From positions 40,114,001 to 40,178,000 of the forward strand of contig OX597817.1 in NCBI GenBank assembly GCA_951406725.2: a stretch of DNA of 64,000 bases, given 5' to 3'. A program made the translations under genes and the position numbers. The notes below the pieces were generated by a model. The model was given only the letters and a program-made list of their open reading frames with translations, was not told the DNA's origin and did not search any database. Positions 28,137 to 41,069 of this stretch are shown one piece after another. The DNA comes from Octopus vulgaris (Eukaryota). Every line of letters starts with the position of its first letter. Position 1 is the stretch's first letter.

Positions 28137-28505
28137 ATACATACCCCAAAACATAGAACCAATATGGAGTTCTTTTTGCTTAGTATGAGATGGTGATTAG
28201 TGAATTGAACATGTTTTGGTCTTATTAGATCACTTCAGCATGTTATAGTCTAACCAGTACTTGCCAGATTGTAAATGACTAAGAGAATCTAGATTTTGAG
28301 AAAAAAACCATTCACTGATGAATAATATCATTTAAAATAATGCCATGGGGAAAATTACCCAGACATGCCATCTACATGAATTACATATAGTTAAGTGTGG
28401 ATTTGGGGTGGCTGACATATTTGACACTACAAACTCAAAAACAGATAGCCATCCATCATCTCTACTCACTATTCCTAAGAGGGTTGCGGAGTGAGAGTAC
28501 AAGCC

Positions 28506-29033
28506 TCAGGCACCTCTTCTATAAGGCCTTTTTCACAAGCAACCATCATTGCACTTTTTGGCTGGATTCCCAAACATGGCTAACTGAGACCTTCAATATC
28601 ATCTAAACATGTTGTTCTTCATCTACCTCTAGAATTCCTACCAGTTAGCTCAGCTTGAAGAATCCCCCTTGTGATTCTTTCCTGCAACAAATAATAGTCA
28701 TTTGCTTAGAATTACTCATAAAATAACTCCTATGTTGAGACCACAGACAGGATGCGGTGCCAATTACAGAGCATCAGGCACCTCTTCTACAAGGCCTTTT
28801 TCACAAGCAACCATCATTGCACTTTTTGGCTGGATTCCCAAACATGGCCAACTTAGACCTTCAATATCATCTATACATGTTGTTCTTCATCTACCTCTAG
28901 ATCTCCAATCAGTTAGCTCAGCTTGAAGAATCCACCTTGCGATGCTTTCCTGCAACAAATAATAGCTTAGAATTACTCATATAAAGTAACACCTATGTTG
29001 AGACCACAGACAGGATGCAGTGCCAAATACAGA
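28506..29033 (-). repeat. Tandem duplication (about 268 bp) of a probable LINE ORF2 C-terminal fragment
   Basis: tcaggcacctcttct... restarts at 28774; the antisense reads like a degraded RTE-type G-R-x-RGR motif. Confidence 0.7.
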
Positions 29034-29454
29034 ACTTGAACCATTGACTTTTCGGTTGGTTCTGCTACTTCATTGATTCATTTTAGTGCTGTCCTTAGAT
29101 TTAAAATGACAACGTTGTGCTCTTACGTCTCTCGACATCACTAATGTACGTAAGCTAATAAAAATCATACAAATCAAGAATCGTGACTATTCTTTGATTT
29201 CCTGACAATATTATAATAAACGTAATTGAAAGGACAGAGAATTGCAAACTCTTCTGTGATTCCCTAATATACAAACAAATGGTAATTAGCTTATGTTGTT
29301 TGTTGTTGAAGTGGAAAACTGTCAAATGAGATAGAGTGAATAACATTGGGAAACATTTTACTTTCATTTTCAGTAGAGTGCTGTACATTATATGGTAGAG
29401 AGGATAGTTTCGCTAGTAAGAAGAAAATTTGATATTAAATTTTATATATATATA

Positions 29455-29860
29455 GGCGTAGGAATGCCTATGTGGTAAGTAGCTTGCTTATGAACCACAT
29501 GGTTCTGGGTTCAGTCCCACTGCGTGGCACCTTGGGCAAGTGTCTTTTACTATAGCCTTGGAACAAACAAAGCCTTGTGAGTGGATTTGGTAGACAGAAA
29601 CAGAAAGAAGCCTGTCATATATATGTATATATATATATGTGTGTGTATGTGTGTCTACATTTGTGTGTATGTGTTTGTTCCCCTAGCATCACTTGACAAC
29701 CGATGCCAGTGTGTTTACATCCCTGTAACTTAGCGGTTCGGCAAAAGAGACCGATAGAATAAGTACTAGGCTTACAAAGAATAAGTCCTGAGGTCAATTT
29801 GCTCGACTAAAGGCGGTGCTCCAGCATGGCTGCAATCACATGACTGAATCAAGTGAATGA
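29455..29860 (+). mobile_element. tRNA-derived SINE family A, full length
   Basis: Head tgtggtaag...ggttcagtccc (A/B-box-like), central (TA/TG)n and conserved tail. Similar + copies near 20278, 55422 and 56262. Confidence 0.85.
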
Positions 29861-29978
29861 GAGTGAAAGAGAGAAAGAGTATAACTATATATAGGAGGAA
29901 ATATGTGCTGTATCATTATCGTTATCATGTGTGTGTGTGTATATTTTATTCTTTTTTTATTTTTTTTAGTAATTTTAG

Positions 29979-30322
29979 TCACTGCCTTTAGTTGAAGAAA
30001 TCGACCCCAGGACTTATTCTCTGTAAGCCTTGCACTTATTCTATTGGTCTCTTGCTGAACTGCTAAGTTATAAGGATGTAAACTCACCAACATCAGTTAT
30101 CAAGCGATGGTCAGGGGACAAACACAGACACACAAATACATACATATATATATATATATACGATGGGCTTCTTTCAGTTTCTGTCCACCAAATCCACTCA
30201 CAAGGCTTTGGTCGACCTGAGGCTATAGTAGAAGACACTCGCCCAAGGTGCCACACAGTGGGACTGAACCTGGAACCATGTGGTTGGGAAGCAAGCTTCT
30301 TACCACACAGCCACTCCTGTGC
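29979..30322 (-). mobile_element. SINE family A, inverted next to the previous copy
   Basis: Reverse complement of the 29455-29830 sequence. Confidence 0.85.
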
Positions 30323-30812
30323 CTATTGCCACTTCTGTTCCTATAGCCACTCCTATATATATATATGTTTCTTTTTTTTTATGTCATATTATGTATAAAA
30401 ACAATTTATCATCAAACTGAATAATTATTCAATACATTTTAGTAAAGTACATTTTTATTAAACTTTTACAAAGGACAGTGACTTTGAAGTTTTGCCATGT
30501 TTATGTGTGAGTGTGTGTGCATGTGTGTGCATGCATGTGCTTGCATGTGTACACATATGCACACCAATATATGTACGCAAACACAAAATTGTAGTCTGTT
30601 ATATGGAATCATGGTATTGTGTGGCTATCACAGAAAGCTCCTTTAATGGACTCAGCTAACAGACTACATAGTAATTCAATACATAAGAGTATAGTGCCAA
30701 GTTCTATGTAGATGAAATACGTATGTGTGTATATATGTGTGTGTGTTCAGTGGAATGAGACAACAAAGCCAAGGCTATGTGGAATTTTTAGGACATATAT
30801 AAAGAGAAAGGT

Positions 30813-30862
30813 AGTCTTACAGCTGTTTCTGGGATATTAGGGATTTCCCTTCATCATATGAG
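30813..30862 (-). pseudogene. Decayed hammerhead motif
   Basis: Minus strand: aUGAUGA-aggg...ccca-GAAA-cagctg-UA-agac; C3 changed and stem I disrupted. Confidence 0.55.
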
Positions 30863-31349
30863 AGAGTTAACTAGAGGGAAATAGTAGAGTTTAGTATAAG
30901 GAGTTATTTTTGAAGTATAAAGGGAAATAAGAGAATAAAAGTAAAAATATACATAGGTTGTTACAGTTGCAGTTCCATTAACCAAAGAAAGTGATGTGTA
31001 AAATGGGTAGAAATGCTTCCTGTCAATGGTATGTAGATTCCAATAGGAGTTCATATTTTGTTATATTACAAGTGGATAGTGTGAAGACATAAATTCCATG
31101 TGCTATTCATTCAAAGGGTTCTTGTTGTGTGTGAGTATGTGTTTGTGTGTGTATATATATATATATCATCATCATCATCATCGTTTAATGTCCGTTTTCC
31201 GTGCTAGCATGGGTTGGACGATTCAACCGGGCTCTGGGAAGCCAGGAGGCTGCACCAGGCTCCAGTCTGATCTGGCAGTATTTCTACAGCTGGATGCCCT
31301 TCCTAACGCCAACCACTCCATGAATGTAATGGCTGCTTTTTACGTGCCA

Positions 31350-31419
<70 letters not shown>

Positions 31420-32289
31420 GTGGGTGGGCTTTTATCTCATTACTGTCAATCAAATTTTCTCAGAGTGCTTTGATCAGCTTCAGACAATAATAGAAGATAC
31501 TTGTCCAAGCTGCTACCTTGTGGGATTAAACCTAGAACTATGTAGTTGGAAAGTTAACTTTTTAACCAGGCAGCCATAGCTTCTATACTTTGTGTGTTTC
31601 GTTAATATAGATAAGAGAAAAAGTTGTAGCTGTTCCATGAAATTTTTCAGAATATTACAATAAACATAATAGACTGGACAAAGAATAGTAACTGTTCTAT
31701 TATTCCTCCAGAATACTCTAATAATGATAAAAAGCAATATAACCAAAAAACTAAAGCCAGAAAAGGTTAAATAAAGAATTATTGATATTACAAGTTTTAA
31801 ACAAATGACTAGAGCAACACAACATATTGGAGAACATTAATGATGAATTGGAATCAGTCATGATCAAACCAAATTTGATAGATCGTAAGCTAAATCAGAT
31901 ATTTATCTAAATAAATTAGATAAACCCAAAATTACATTAAACTAGTTATACGGTAAATTAGATAACTGTTTTCTAAATCGACTTTTTGCAGAAACTAAAT
32001 TGAATTAGAGAATAAAGTGGAACTGAATAATGAATGTATAAAATTACACATTTGAACCTATTTTAACTAGTAAGGGAGAGGGGAAAAAATACGTACAAAC
32101 ATAATGCTATAAACGCACACACACACACACACATATATACATATGTCCAAACAGATATACTTGTGTACACACTCAGACACATGCTAATAATACATAATAA
32201 TACATTTTTATTCTATTTCTTACTATTTTACATTTGTCTACTATTTAGTAAAATAGCATATTGTTATTTGCATATTCAGAACAGTTGGT

Positions 32290-33065
32290 ACTCTACACTT
32301 AAACATTGGGTTCTCTCGTACATTGAGCACCCTCTACACTTGGTCATTGAGTACTCTCACATACTGAATAATGTCTATACTTACATTAAACACTCTCTTG
32401 TTTTGAGTAATCTCTACACTTACATATTGAGTCTGGTTTACACTTACACATTAAGTATTGTCCACACTTACACATCTTGTAGTTTCTACACTTATACATT
32501 GAGTAGTCTCTACACTTACATATTGAGCTCTCACTACACTTACTCATTAAACACTCTCTTGTTTTGAGTAATCTCTACACTTACATATTGAGTCTGGTTT
32601 ACACTTACACATTAAGTATTGTCCACACTTACACATCTTGTAGTTTCTACACTTATACATTGAGTAGTCTCTACACTTACATATTGAGCTCTCACTACAC
32701 TTACTCATTAAACACTCTCTTGTTTTGAGTAATCTCTACACTTACATATTGAGTCTGGTTTACACTTACACATTAAGTATTGTCCACACTTACACATCTT
32801 GTAGTTTCTACACTTATACATTGAGTAGTCTCTACACTTACATATTGAGCACTCACTACACTTACTCATTGAACACTCTTGTTTTGAGTAATCTCTACAC
32901 TTACATATTGAGTATGATTTACATTTATACATTGAGCACTCACCACACTTACTCATCAAGTATTCTATACGTCAAGTATTCTCTACATTTACACTTTGAA
33001 TAGTCTCTACACTTAGAATTGGAGCACTTCAACACTTACTTATTAAATACTCTCTACACTTGCAC
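32290..33065. repeat. Minisatellite with 161-bp higher-order units
   Basis: Units restart at 32385, 32546, 32707 and 32868; built from about 23-26-bp tctctacacttacatattgagta-like monomers. Confidence 0.9.
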
Positions 33066-33533
33066 ATGTTCTTCACAGATCCTCCAAGACTGATTGATTT
33101 ATCACAGTTAATATTCCTCTAGAATAGCTGCAAGTTGTCAGCCACAAGAGAAAATGGCCAACCTTTTTCCTTATTACCACCACCATCATTATCATCATCA
33201 CAATCATCATCATCATTTTCATCATGGTAACAATGTAACTTTTACACAGTTAACTGACATGCTAGAAATAGCAGCTAAATCTCTATCTTTAAAAAGAAGA
33301 ACATATTGGACAATGTAGTCTTAGACATACAGAAAGTGCAGGATCATGAAATTGGAATACCTTTTGATATTGGTTTACTTAATTGGAGCTGATCTGGGGA
33401 TAAACATCATTATCGTTATCAACAGCATTGTCAGGATGCTTCTCTTTCCTCCTCTTCATGAATGTTATCATTTAGTATCCTGTTGTTTCTGTCATTTAAT
33501 CATTTCATATCTAGAATTAGATTAAGACTGAGT

Positions 33534-33578
33534 ATGCTTTGCTGAAGAAGTCTAATACAGCTGAAACATGTCTAGCGT
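33534..33578 (+). ncRNA. Minimal type I hammerhead motif (imperfect stem I)
   Basis: atgctttg-CUGAAGA-ag...ct-GAAA-catg-UC-tagcgt; palindromic CATG stem III, GUC triplet. Confidence 0.6.
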
Positions 33579-34392
33579 TACTACTATACTTAGCAAATAG
33601 CAGACTCACTTCTCACTGCATGCCTACAGAAAATCTTTTTTTAATTTAGTTTTCAGAGTTGTCTCCCTTGCTTTTCTTGAGCGGAATTGGTCAATAAAGC
33701 ATATGCTTTTTCTTTTTTTTTTTGTATTGTATTGTTATTTTAATTATTAAAAAAAATATGGTCTCATTGCATTAGGTATATTAAACTCTTACTAACCAAC
33801 ACTTAACTGTATGTTTTTCATGCAGAAGGTACTCCTACTAATTTAAGAGTGATAGTTCAAGAATTGAAAATATGATTGAAAAACCAAATTTTCACACCAT
33901 TTCAAATCATTGTAACAAAGACAGCTTAATATTAAAATGTGTTGTTATTGTCAACAGTTTTATGGTATAAACATAGATAAAATATTCAAGTGTTACAGCT
34001 TTCAGATATTATAGAGTCTTTTTTATGTAATATAGTGTAATATACCTCTACATAGAATCTATAATAGTGTATAGGGTTTGTGTGGCAGTTACAAAATTTT
34101 TTCATGCTTTAATTTGAGGCCTCAAAGGTCTGACTACCACATTCCTCTATATCTATATAAATAAACTATTTGAACAGTTCTTTTCAAGTGAGCTGAGTTG
34201 TTGGCAGTGATGGAGGTATTAATCATTATGGCTGTGTTTATTGTAAACTCTTCATTATTGACAATAAAAGTCTGATTGTGAGAAAATAGAGATGTTTAAA
34301 CAGCTTAAATGTTACTCTAGTCAGAAAGCAGTAATGAAAATATTATATTGCCTAAAATCTCTCTTTGTGACAATAATATCTTAATGTTTCAG

Positions 34393-34555
34393 CCTTGAAG
34401 ATTTATATTCCCAAGTAGAGCAGTACAATGCCAGTGCTTCTATCATGTGTACTCGGTTAGACACAGCTAAGATCAAACTTGCAACTCTTGGTCAGCTTTC
34501 AGAGGAAGACAGTCAGAATATTAGTATTATTCGTAATAAAATGGAAAAATTATTG
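34393..34555 (+). CDS. Nesprin-like gene, exon 10
   Basis: tttcag|C (phase 2, matches exon 9) and TTG|gtgagt; 163 nt; LEDLYSQVEQYNAS...KMEKLL. Confidence 0.88.
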
Positions 34556-35121
34556 GTGAGTTGTAATAAAGATAAATATTTGTATATATTTGCTATCTCT
34601 TTGTTTGTTTTGTTGTAGTTATCAATATCTTATATATTATTGTTACAATTTATAATTTGATATTCACTATCGTAAAACTAATATTGTATATAATATTTTC
34701 CTTATTTTCAACACCAACTGATTTCTTTGCTGTTATGATTATTGCAAATGTCCACGGTTACCAGCATGAAAATAACAAATGTCCTTTACAGAGTGTTTTT
34801 ATTAATTCTAAACTATATTTTACGAGCTTATATATTCTATATGAAGCCTGAAGAAAGCTGGATAGTCAGTTCACTGATATTTGAATGGCTTTCTGAAAAT
34901 TCAGTTATAAACCCAAAATTTATTCTATTACAATTCTTTATACATCTCCAGTGTATAAACAAACATTAAAAAAAATACATATATATAAATTTATATTATA
35001 GTGTGGAAGACACATGATAACCATTCGAAAACACAAAAAAAATATATTGCTTTCAAATTATGGCAGAATGTGAGCAAGGTCGGTGGTGGGGTAGGGAATG
35101 TTGATTTCATCAATCCCAGTG

Positions 35122-35915
35122 ATCATCATCATCATTATCATCGTCATTTAACGTCCACTTTCCATGCTGGCAGGAATTGGATGGTTTGACTGAGGGCTAG
35201 CTGCACCAAGCTCCAATACAATCTGGCAATGTTTCTACAGCTGGATGCCCTTCCTAATGCCAACCATTTCAAGAGTGTAGTGGGTACTTTTTACATGCCA
35301 CCGGCATGAGGTCCAGTCAGGCGGTACAAGCATCAGCCACACTCGAATAGTGGCAGCACTGGCAATGACCACGCTCGAATGGTACTTTTTACGTGTCACT
35401 GGCATGGGTGCCAATCAGACAGTACTGTCATCAACCATGACAACAACTTCACTAACCTCAACAGATCTTTACAAGCGCAGTTTATTGCCCAATGATTGAA
35501 GGATGCTCTTAAATGGGCTGGTTACGCTGCACTGGTATAGGCCCCAGTTACTTGGCTTGCCAGGTCTTCTCAAGCACAGCATATCTCCAAAGGTCTCGGT
35601 CACTTGTCATCGCCTCAGTGAAGCCCAACATTCGATGGTTGTGCTTCACCATCTCATCCCATGTCTTCTTGGGTCTACCTCTTCTACAGGTTCCCTCTAC
35701 TACTAGGGTGTGACACTTTTTCACCCAGCTGTCCTCATCCATATGCAACACATGACCATACCAGTGCAGTCGTCTCTCTTGCACATCACATCTGATGCTT
35801 CTTATGTTCAACTTTTCCCTCAGGGTGCTTACACTCTGTCGTATATGCACACTGACATTACATATCTAGCGGAACATACTAGCTTCATTCCTTGCAGGCT
35901 TATGTATGTCCTCAG
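35122..35915 (-). mobile_element. RTE-clade LINE 3' end (ORF2 C-terminus, 3'UTR, (GAT)n tail)
   Basis: ORF 35548-35850 reads RRLHWYGHVLHM...EGTCRRGRPKKTW...DRDLWR and is contiguous with a UTR and microsatellite tail. Confidence 0.88.
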
Positions 35916-36760
35916 CAGTCAAAGCCCAACTGGTACTTATTTTATCAACCCTGAAAGCATTAAAGGTAAAGTTGACCTCAGTGGATTTGAACTAGGAACC
36001 ATAAAGGGACATAATTAGATATCACAAAGCATTTTCTTTGGTGCTCTACTGACTCTGTATCTACCATCCTAAATATATTGATTGTAATAAAATGTCAATT
36101 ACCCTTGAAATATAGTATTGGCAGTGAATTGACAGAACCATGAAAAGTGCCAGACATAGAATGCCTTTTAGTATTTGATCTGCCTCTCTGTATTCTGAGT
36201 TCAAATACTGCCAAGGTCAACTTTTCTTTACCATTTTAGGGCTGATAACAAAATGCCAGTCAAGGATGGTGAATTGGCAGAACTGTTGGAAGGTCAGAAC
36301 AATGGACATGATGCCCTGTGGTATCTGTTCTGACGCTATAGACTCTGAGTTCAAATCCCATTATGGTCTACATTTAATCTTAGACATCACTCGGCACCTT
36401 GACCGCCTTTAGTGGAATCTGTTCTGATGTAATTGTTGGGGCCAGGTCTCTTGAGGATATCTTCCTCCTGCTAGTCTCAGAGGCCTTGTAAAGAGTCCTG
36501 GATATTGCCTTGCTTCCTGAGTAAAAGATTTTAAAAATCAAATCAAATATTGTAATATTCTTTGTTAAAAGATAATACATTTTTATCTTACTTTTGGTTC
36601 TTTTTAGCAATCTATTCTTAAACCTGTCATTAAGACTTAAATTACTTATAATCACTGGTATGTATGAGAATACAAAGTGGCACTCATTACTGAATGTTGT
36701 CTTGTACTCTTAGCCAAAACAGCTGTTTGCTAATCTAGTTTTATTAATTTCTGTTTGCAG

Positions 36761-37087
36761 GAATTCCGCAAAGATGTTGACAGTGAACTAGCCACAAAAA
36801 ATAAGCTGCTCTCAATTGTATTCCAACTTCAAGAACATCAACCTAGTATCTTGAGTACTTTAAACATTAATATTGATACAATTAAAGTTCAGTGGGACAA
36901 ACTACAACAAGATATCAGCTGCACTGAACAAATTCTCCACAGTGCTCAAATGGCACTAATGCCTTCCCGGCAAGCATTGCAAGAGCTTGGTTTCTTTTTG
37001 AAGAAGGTCAGCAAAGCCATTGCTAGTGATGCTAAAAAGCAAATTAGTTTGCCTTCAAAAATCAGTCCAATGTTGAAAAAATATCAA
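36761..37087 (+). CDS. Nesprin-like gene, exon 11
   Basis: tttgcag|GAA and CAA|gtaagt; 327 nt; EFRKDVDSEL...QWDKLQ...MLKKYQ. Confidence 0.92.
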
Positions 37088-37591
37088 GTAAGTCCATCAT
37101 CTATTTTACTTTTCTTCAGAAATTACTATGCAATCATCAGCATTATCATCTTTATAATTATTCTTCCATACTAACATGGATTGGACAGTTTGGTAGGATC
37201 CACTGAGCTAGGGACTGCATTGTGCTCTAGTGTTGGTTTTGGCATGGTTTCTATGGCTGGATGCCCTTCCTAATGCCAACTACTTTATAGTGTGTACTAA
37301 GTGCTTTTTTGTGATATCAGCACTAGTGAGGTCACCAAGTTACTCACAAGACAAAATAAAGACCCTCAACCAAGTGGGGTTGTCATATAAAGAGGGAGGT
37401 GGTATTATGCCAAGTGTTGAGAGGTTGAAGTATGACAAAGGGACAGGCACAAATGCCTTGCTATAAAGGAGATCAGGATTACCACAAGAGAAGTATGCAG
37501 CTTCCCTGCAGGAGATACATGACAACTCAACAGTCTGTAAATTCTTTCATAATAATCTTTATTAATCTAACATTGTAATTAATTCTGTTAA

Positions 37592-37820
37592 GAGTCATTT
37601 TCTTTTTGTGCCTTATAATGTAACACACTCACTGGTAAAATTTCCACTTATTTCTTATTTTTATGTTTCTAAAAGTTTCATTGCGTCTTGCAACTTTGAG
37701 TCAAGACTATTGAAAAGGTTGCAAGACACAACAAAAATTTAAGGAAAATAAAAATAAGGAATAAGTGGAAATTTTACCCGTGTGTGTGTTACATTATACA
37801 GCACAAAAAGAAAATGACTC
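37592..37820. repeat. Long imperfect palindrome (fold-back element)
   Basis: gagtcattttctttttgtg...ttgcgtcttgcaac pairs with gttgcaagacacaa...cacaaaaagaaaatgactc. Confidence 0.85.
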
Positions 37821-38088
37821 CCCAGACACAACAGAATATGCTTCATATAAAGAATCTTGCAAACCAAATCCAAAAACGAAATATTGTAATTAATATTTTG
37901 TTTATATTCAACATGAATTTAAAAAGAAAATTTTTTTAAATATTTATCTGACCAAATCATTGGATATTCTTTTTGAAAGCTATTTTTTTTAATGAATCAG
38001 ATTAAACTTCACATTTTTTAGTTTGAAAACTTACACAAATTTAGATTGATAATGAATGATGTATCTCATTATTAATTTATAATTTCAG

Positions 38089-38421
38089 GGTTTCAAAATA
38101 GAACTTGAAAATAAACAGCTTACTTTGGACTTTGTTAACCACTGTGTGCTAAAACCATCAAATGAAGATTCTCCCAGTGCTCATGCTGAGAAGGCTGAAT
38201 TTGCAGAAAAACTGTCTGATCTGAATGAACAGTGGAATAAAGTGAATGAGGAACTACTGGCAAATCTGACCATGTTAACAACACTTGTTGATAAATGGGA
38301 AGAATTTGAAAGTCTTCATCGAGATCTTTCTAACTGGCTTGTTGAATTAAATGACCGGATTAAAAAGCATGAGTTAATTGGCATGGAGGTTAATGTGAAG
38401 CACAGCATCAAAGAATGTCAG
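38089..38421 (+). CDS. Nesprin-like gene, exon 12
   Basis: tttcag|GGT and CAG|gtaagt; 333 nt; ...LNEQWNKV...KWEEFESLHRDLSNWL. Confidence 0.93.
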
Positions 38422-39719
38422 GTAAGTTAAACAGGATTGTTAATTGGAGGTATAGGTATGAAGGTGATGTAGTGAGACTTGGCGTGGTGCTTCAGAACAT
38501 TCATAAATTTGTATGAGTAGCTGCTTACTGACTTCCGTATGAGAACTTCATCTTAAAAACCCAAAAGAATTAGATGAAATCCACAAAAAAACATCCTCAT
38601 ATTATATCAAAAATTCCATCTTTATGAATGAGCAGTTTTGTAAATTCATTTCTGTTACTCTTAGATTATCAGGGAAAAATATGTTGTGATGTTTCTTCTG
38701 AGTCCTTTTTCATTCTGAGATCAAATTCCACTAAAGACAATATTGCCTTTCTGGAATCAATAAAATTTTGGGGTCACTTTAATCAACAAACCCCATCCTA
38801 AATTTCAGACCTCATGCTCATGTAACAAGCAATTGTTACTAATTTCCAACATAAGCACAAGACTACAAATTTTGGAAGCAGGAGCAGTAATTTATATTAA
38901 TCCTAGTATTTAATTTATTAATTATTAATAAATTTACTACTTATCATTTTTAATAATAATCTCACTACACTGAGAAGTTCTTAATTATACTTTTACTTGC
39001 TCCGGTCATTGGACTGTGGCCATGCTGATTCAGTACTTTGAAAGGTTTAGTTGAAAAATCAGCTCCTTATCATATTGGTTTCTTTTGCCCAACTACTAGG
39101 AATTAGGGATGTAAATAAACCAACATCAGTTGTCAAGTGGAGATGGAGAGGACAAACACAAACACACAATTATATAAATACATATATACAACATAGTTAC
39201 CACCAACTAAATCAACTCATAAGACATTGGTTCAGCCCATGGCTATAGTAAAAGACATTTGCCTAGAATGCTACACAGTAGGATTGAACCCCAAACCACA
39301 TAGTTGCAAAGTGGGCTTGCTAACCACACAACAATACCTGCATATAGTATAGGAAGAATCTAGGATGAAATTTACATTTTTTTTGCATTTTTACATAATG
39401 CACTTTTTGGCATACTTTAAACCCAAATTTAGGATTCAATTTAGAAAGAATAAACAAAATGTATCTATGTAAATGTATTTCTGAGCCAAAAGACATTAAC
39501 GGATTTTATATCTAAAACTTAGCCACCTATATAATATAACATCTGTCACGTATTACATTATAATACAATTATATTTCGATTCTCTTAAGATTCCTAACAT
39601 TTGTTAATAATTGAACTAGCAATTCACATTGATTTTATATTTTGCTCTTCTACTAAATATATATCTCGCATAATTTAATTCCAACAATATTCTTAGTGTA
39701 TTTGTTGTTATTGTTGTAG

Positions 39720-40055
39720 GCACTTCATGAAAAATTGCTGTCTAAGGAAGCTGATGTTGAAAAATTAAAGCTGCTTGGAAATGAGTTGATGCAACTTAAG
39801 CATGCACCTTCAGGAAGCAAGAAAATGGTAAAGGAGAAGATTGATGGCACTGTGAAAGAATGGCAACAAACTAACAACCGCCTTACACAGCAGGAAAAAT
39901 ATCTAAATGATGTCAAAATCAAATGGAATGAATATTCTACTGAAAAGACATTGGTCCTTAACTTGTTAACAGAGCTGGAATACTATCTCGGTAGTAACAG
40001 CAGTTTAACCATTGGGGACTACCATACACTTAAGATACAAATCTCTAAATTGAAG
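39720..40055 (+). CDS. Nesprin-like gene, exon 13
   Basis: ttgtag|GCA and AAG|gtaaaa; 336 nt; ALHEKLLSKEADVEKLKLLGNEL...KEWQQ. Confidence 0.92.
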
Positions 40056-40758
40056 GTAAAATTAATACATTCTTTTCATGTTAATCTTCCTCTCTATGTT
40101 GTCTAATATATTTGAATATCAGATATTTAAACCTTATATCATCATCATCATTTAACATCTGTTTTCCATGCTGACTTGGGTTGGGCAGTTGACAGGATCC
40201 AGCAAGCTGCAAGGCTATTCCAACCTCTAGTATCAGCTCTATCGAGGTTTCTGTAGCTGGATGCCCTTCCTAATGCCAACCACTTTATAGCAGGTATCTG
40301 GTACTTTTTTCATACCACCAGCACTAGTGAAGTTACCAAACAACTTGCAAAATAGAAAGGAACAAGAAAAAGAGAACAAAAAACTTCACTACTAAATTGC
40401 AAGAGTATTTAAGAAAGAAAGATTGCTTTATGTCAGATGTTGAAAGGTTAAAGTACGACAAAATATGATAAGCACAAGTATGTTATATAAAATTGTCAAA
40501 GACTTTAGAATCATTTAGCTTTCTGTCTTCACCAGTTCCACAAAATATATTTCTCCTGAGGATATGGGTAACACATAACATTTAAATTAATCAATTATGT
40601 ACTTTAGTTTCATAGTTATATAAATTATGATTTATGGCTCTGAAACAGGTGTTGGACACAAAGTATGAACTGTATATGAAACTCACTGAGATAAAACAAT
40701 TCTTGTTAACCCTTTGATACTAGAAATAAGAATTTTGAATAAATAAGAATAAGAATAA

Positions 40759-40980
40759 AGGCGGCGAGCTGGCAGAAACGTTAGCACACCGGACGAAATG
40801 CCTAGCGGTATTTCATCTGCCGTTACGTTCTGAGTTCAAATTCTACCGAGGTCAACTTTCCCTTTCATCCTTTCAGGGTCAATTAAATAAGTACCAGTTA
40901 CGCACTGGGGTCGATATAATCGACTTAATCCATTTGTTTGTCCCCTCTGTGTGTAGCCCTTTGTGGACAGTAAAGAAATA
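40759..40980 (+). mobile_element. tRNA-derived SINE family B (other + copies near 14019, 24076, 24298)
   Basis: ggcggcgagctggcagaa...gagttcaaattc (B box)...cctttcatcctttc. aagaattttg on both sides (40729, 40988) may be a target-site duplication. Confidence 0.85.
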
Positions 40981-41069
40981 AGAAATAAGAATTTTGTCCT
41001 CGTCAAAAGAACTCAGTATTATGAATAAATTTTCATTTCATTTTTCTATACAATGTCTTCTATTTACAG

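Noticed and set aside
34848-34905. CTGAAGA...GAAA motif
   Set aside because: Stem II is out of register with the core and stem I does not pair.
40556-40650. CTGAGGA...GAAA-caggtg-TT motif
   Set aside because: The base of stem II does not pair and stem I is only 2 bp.
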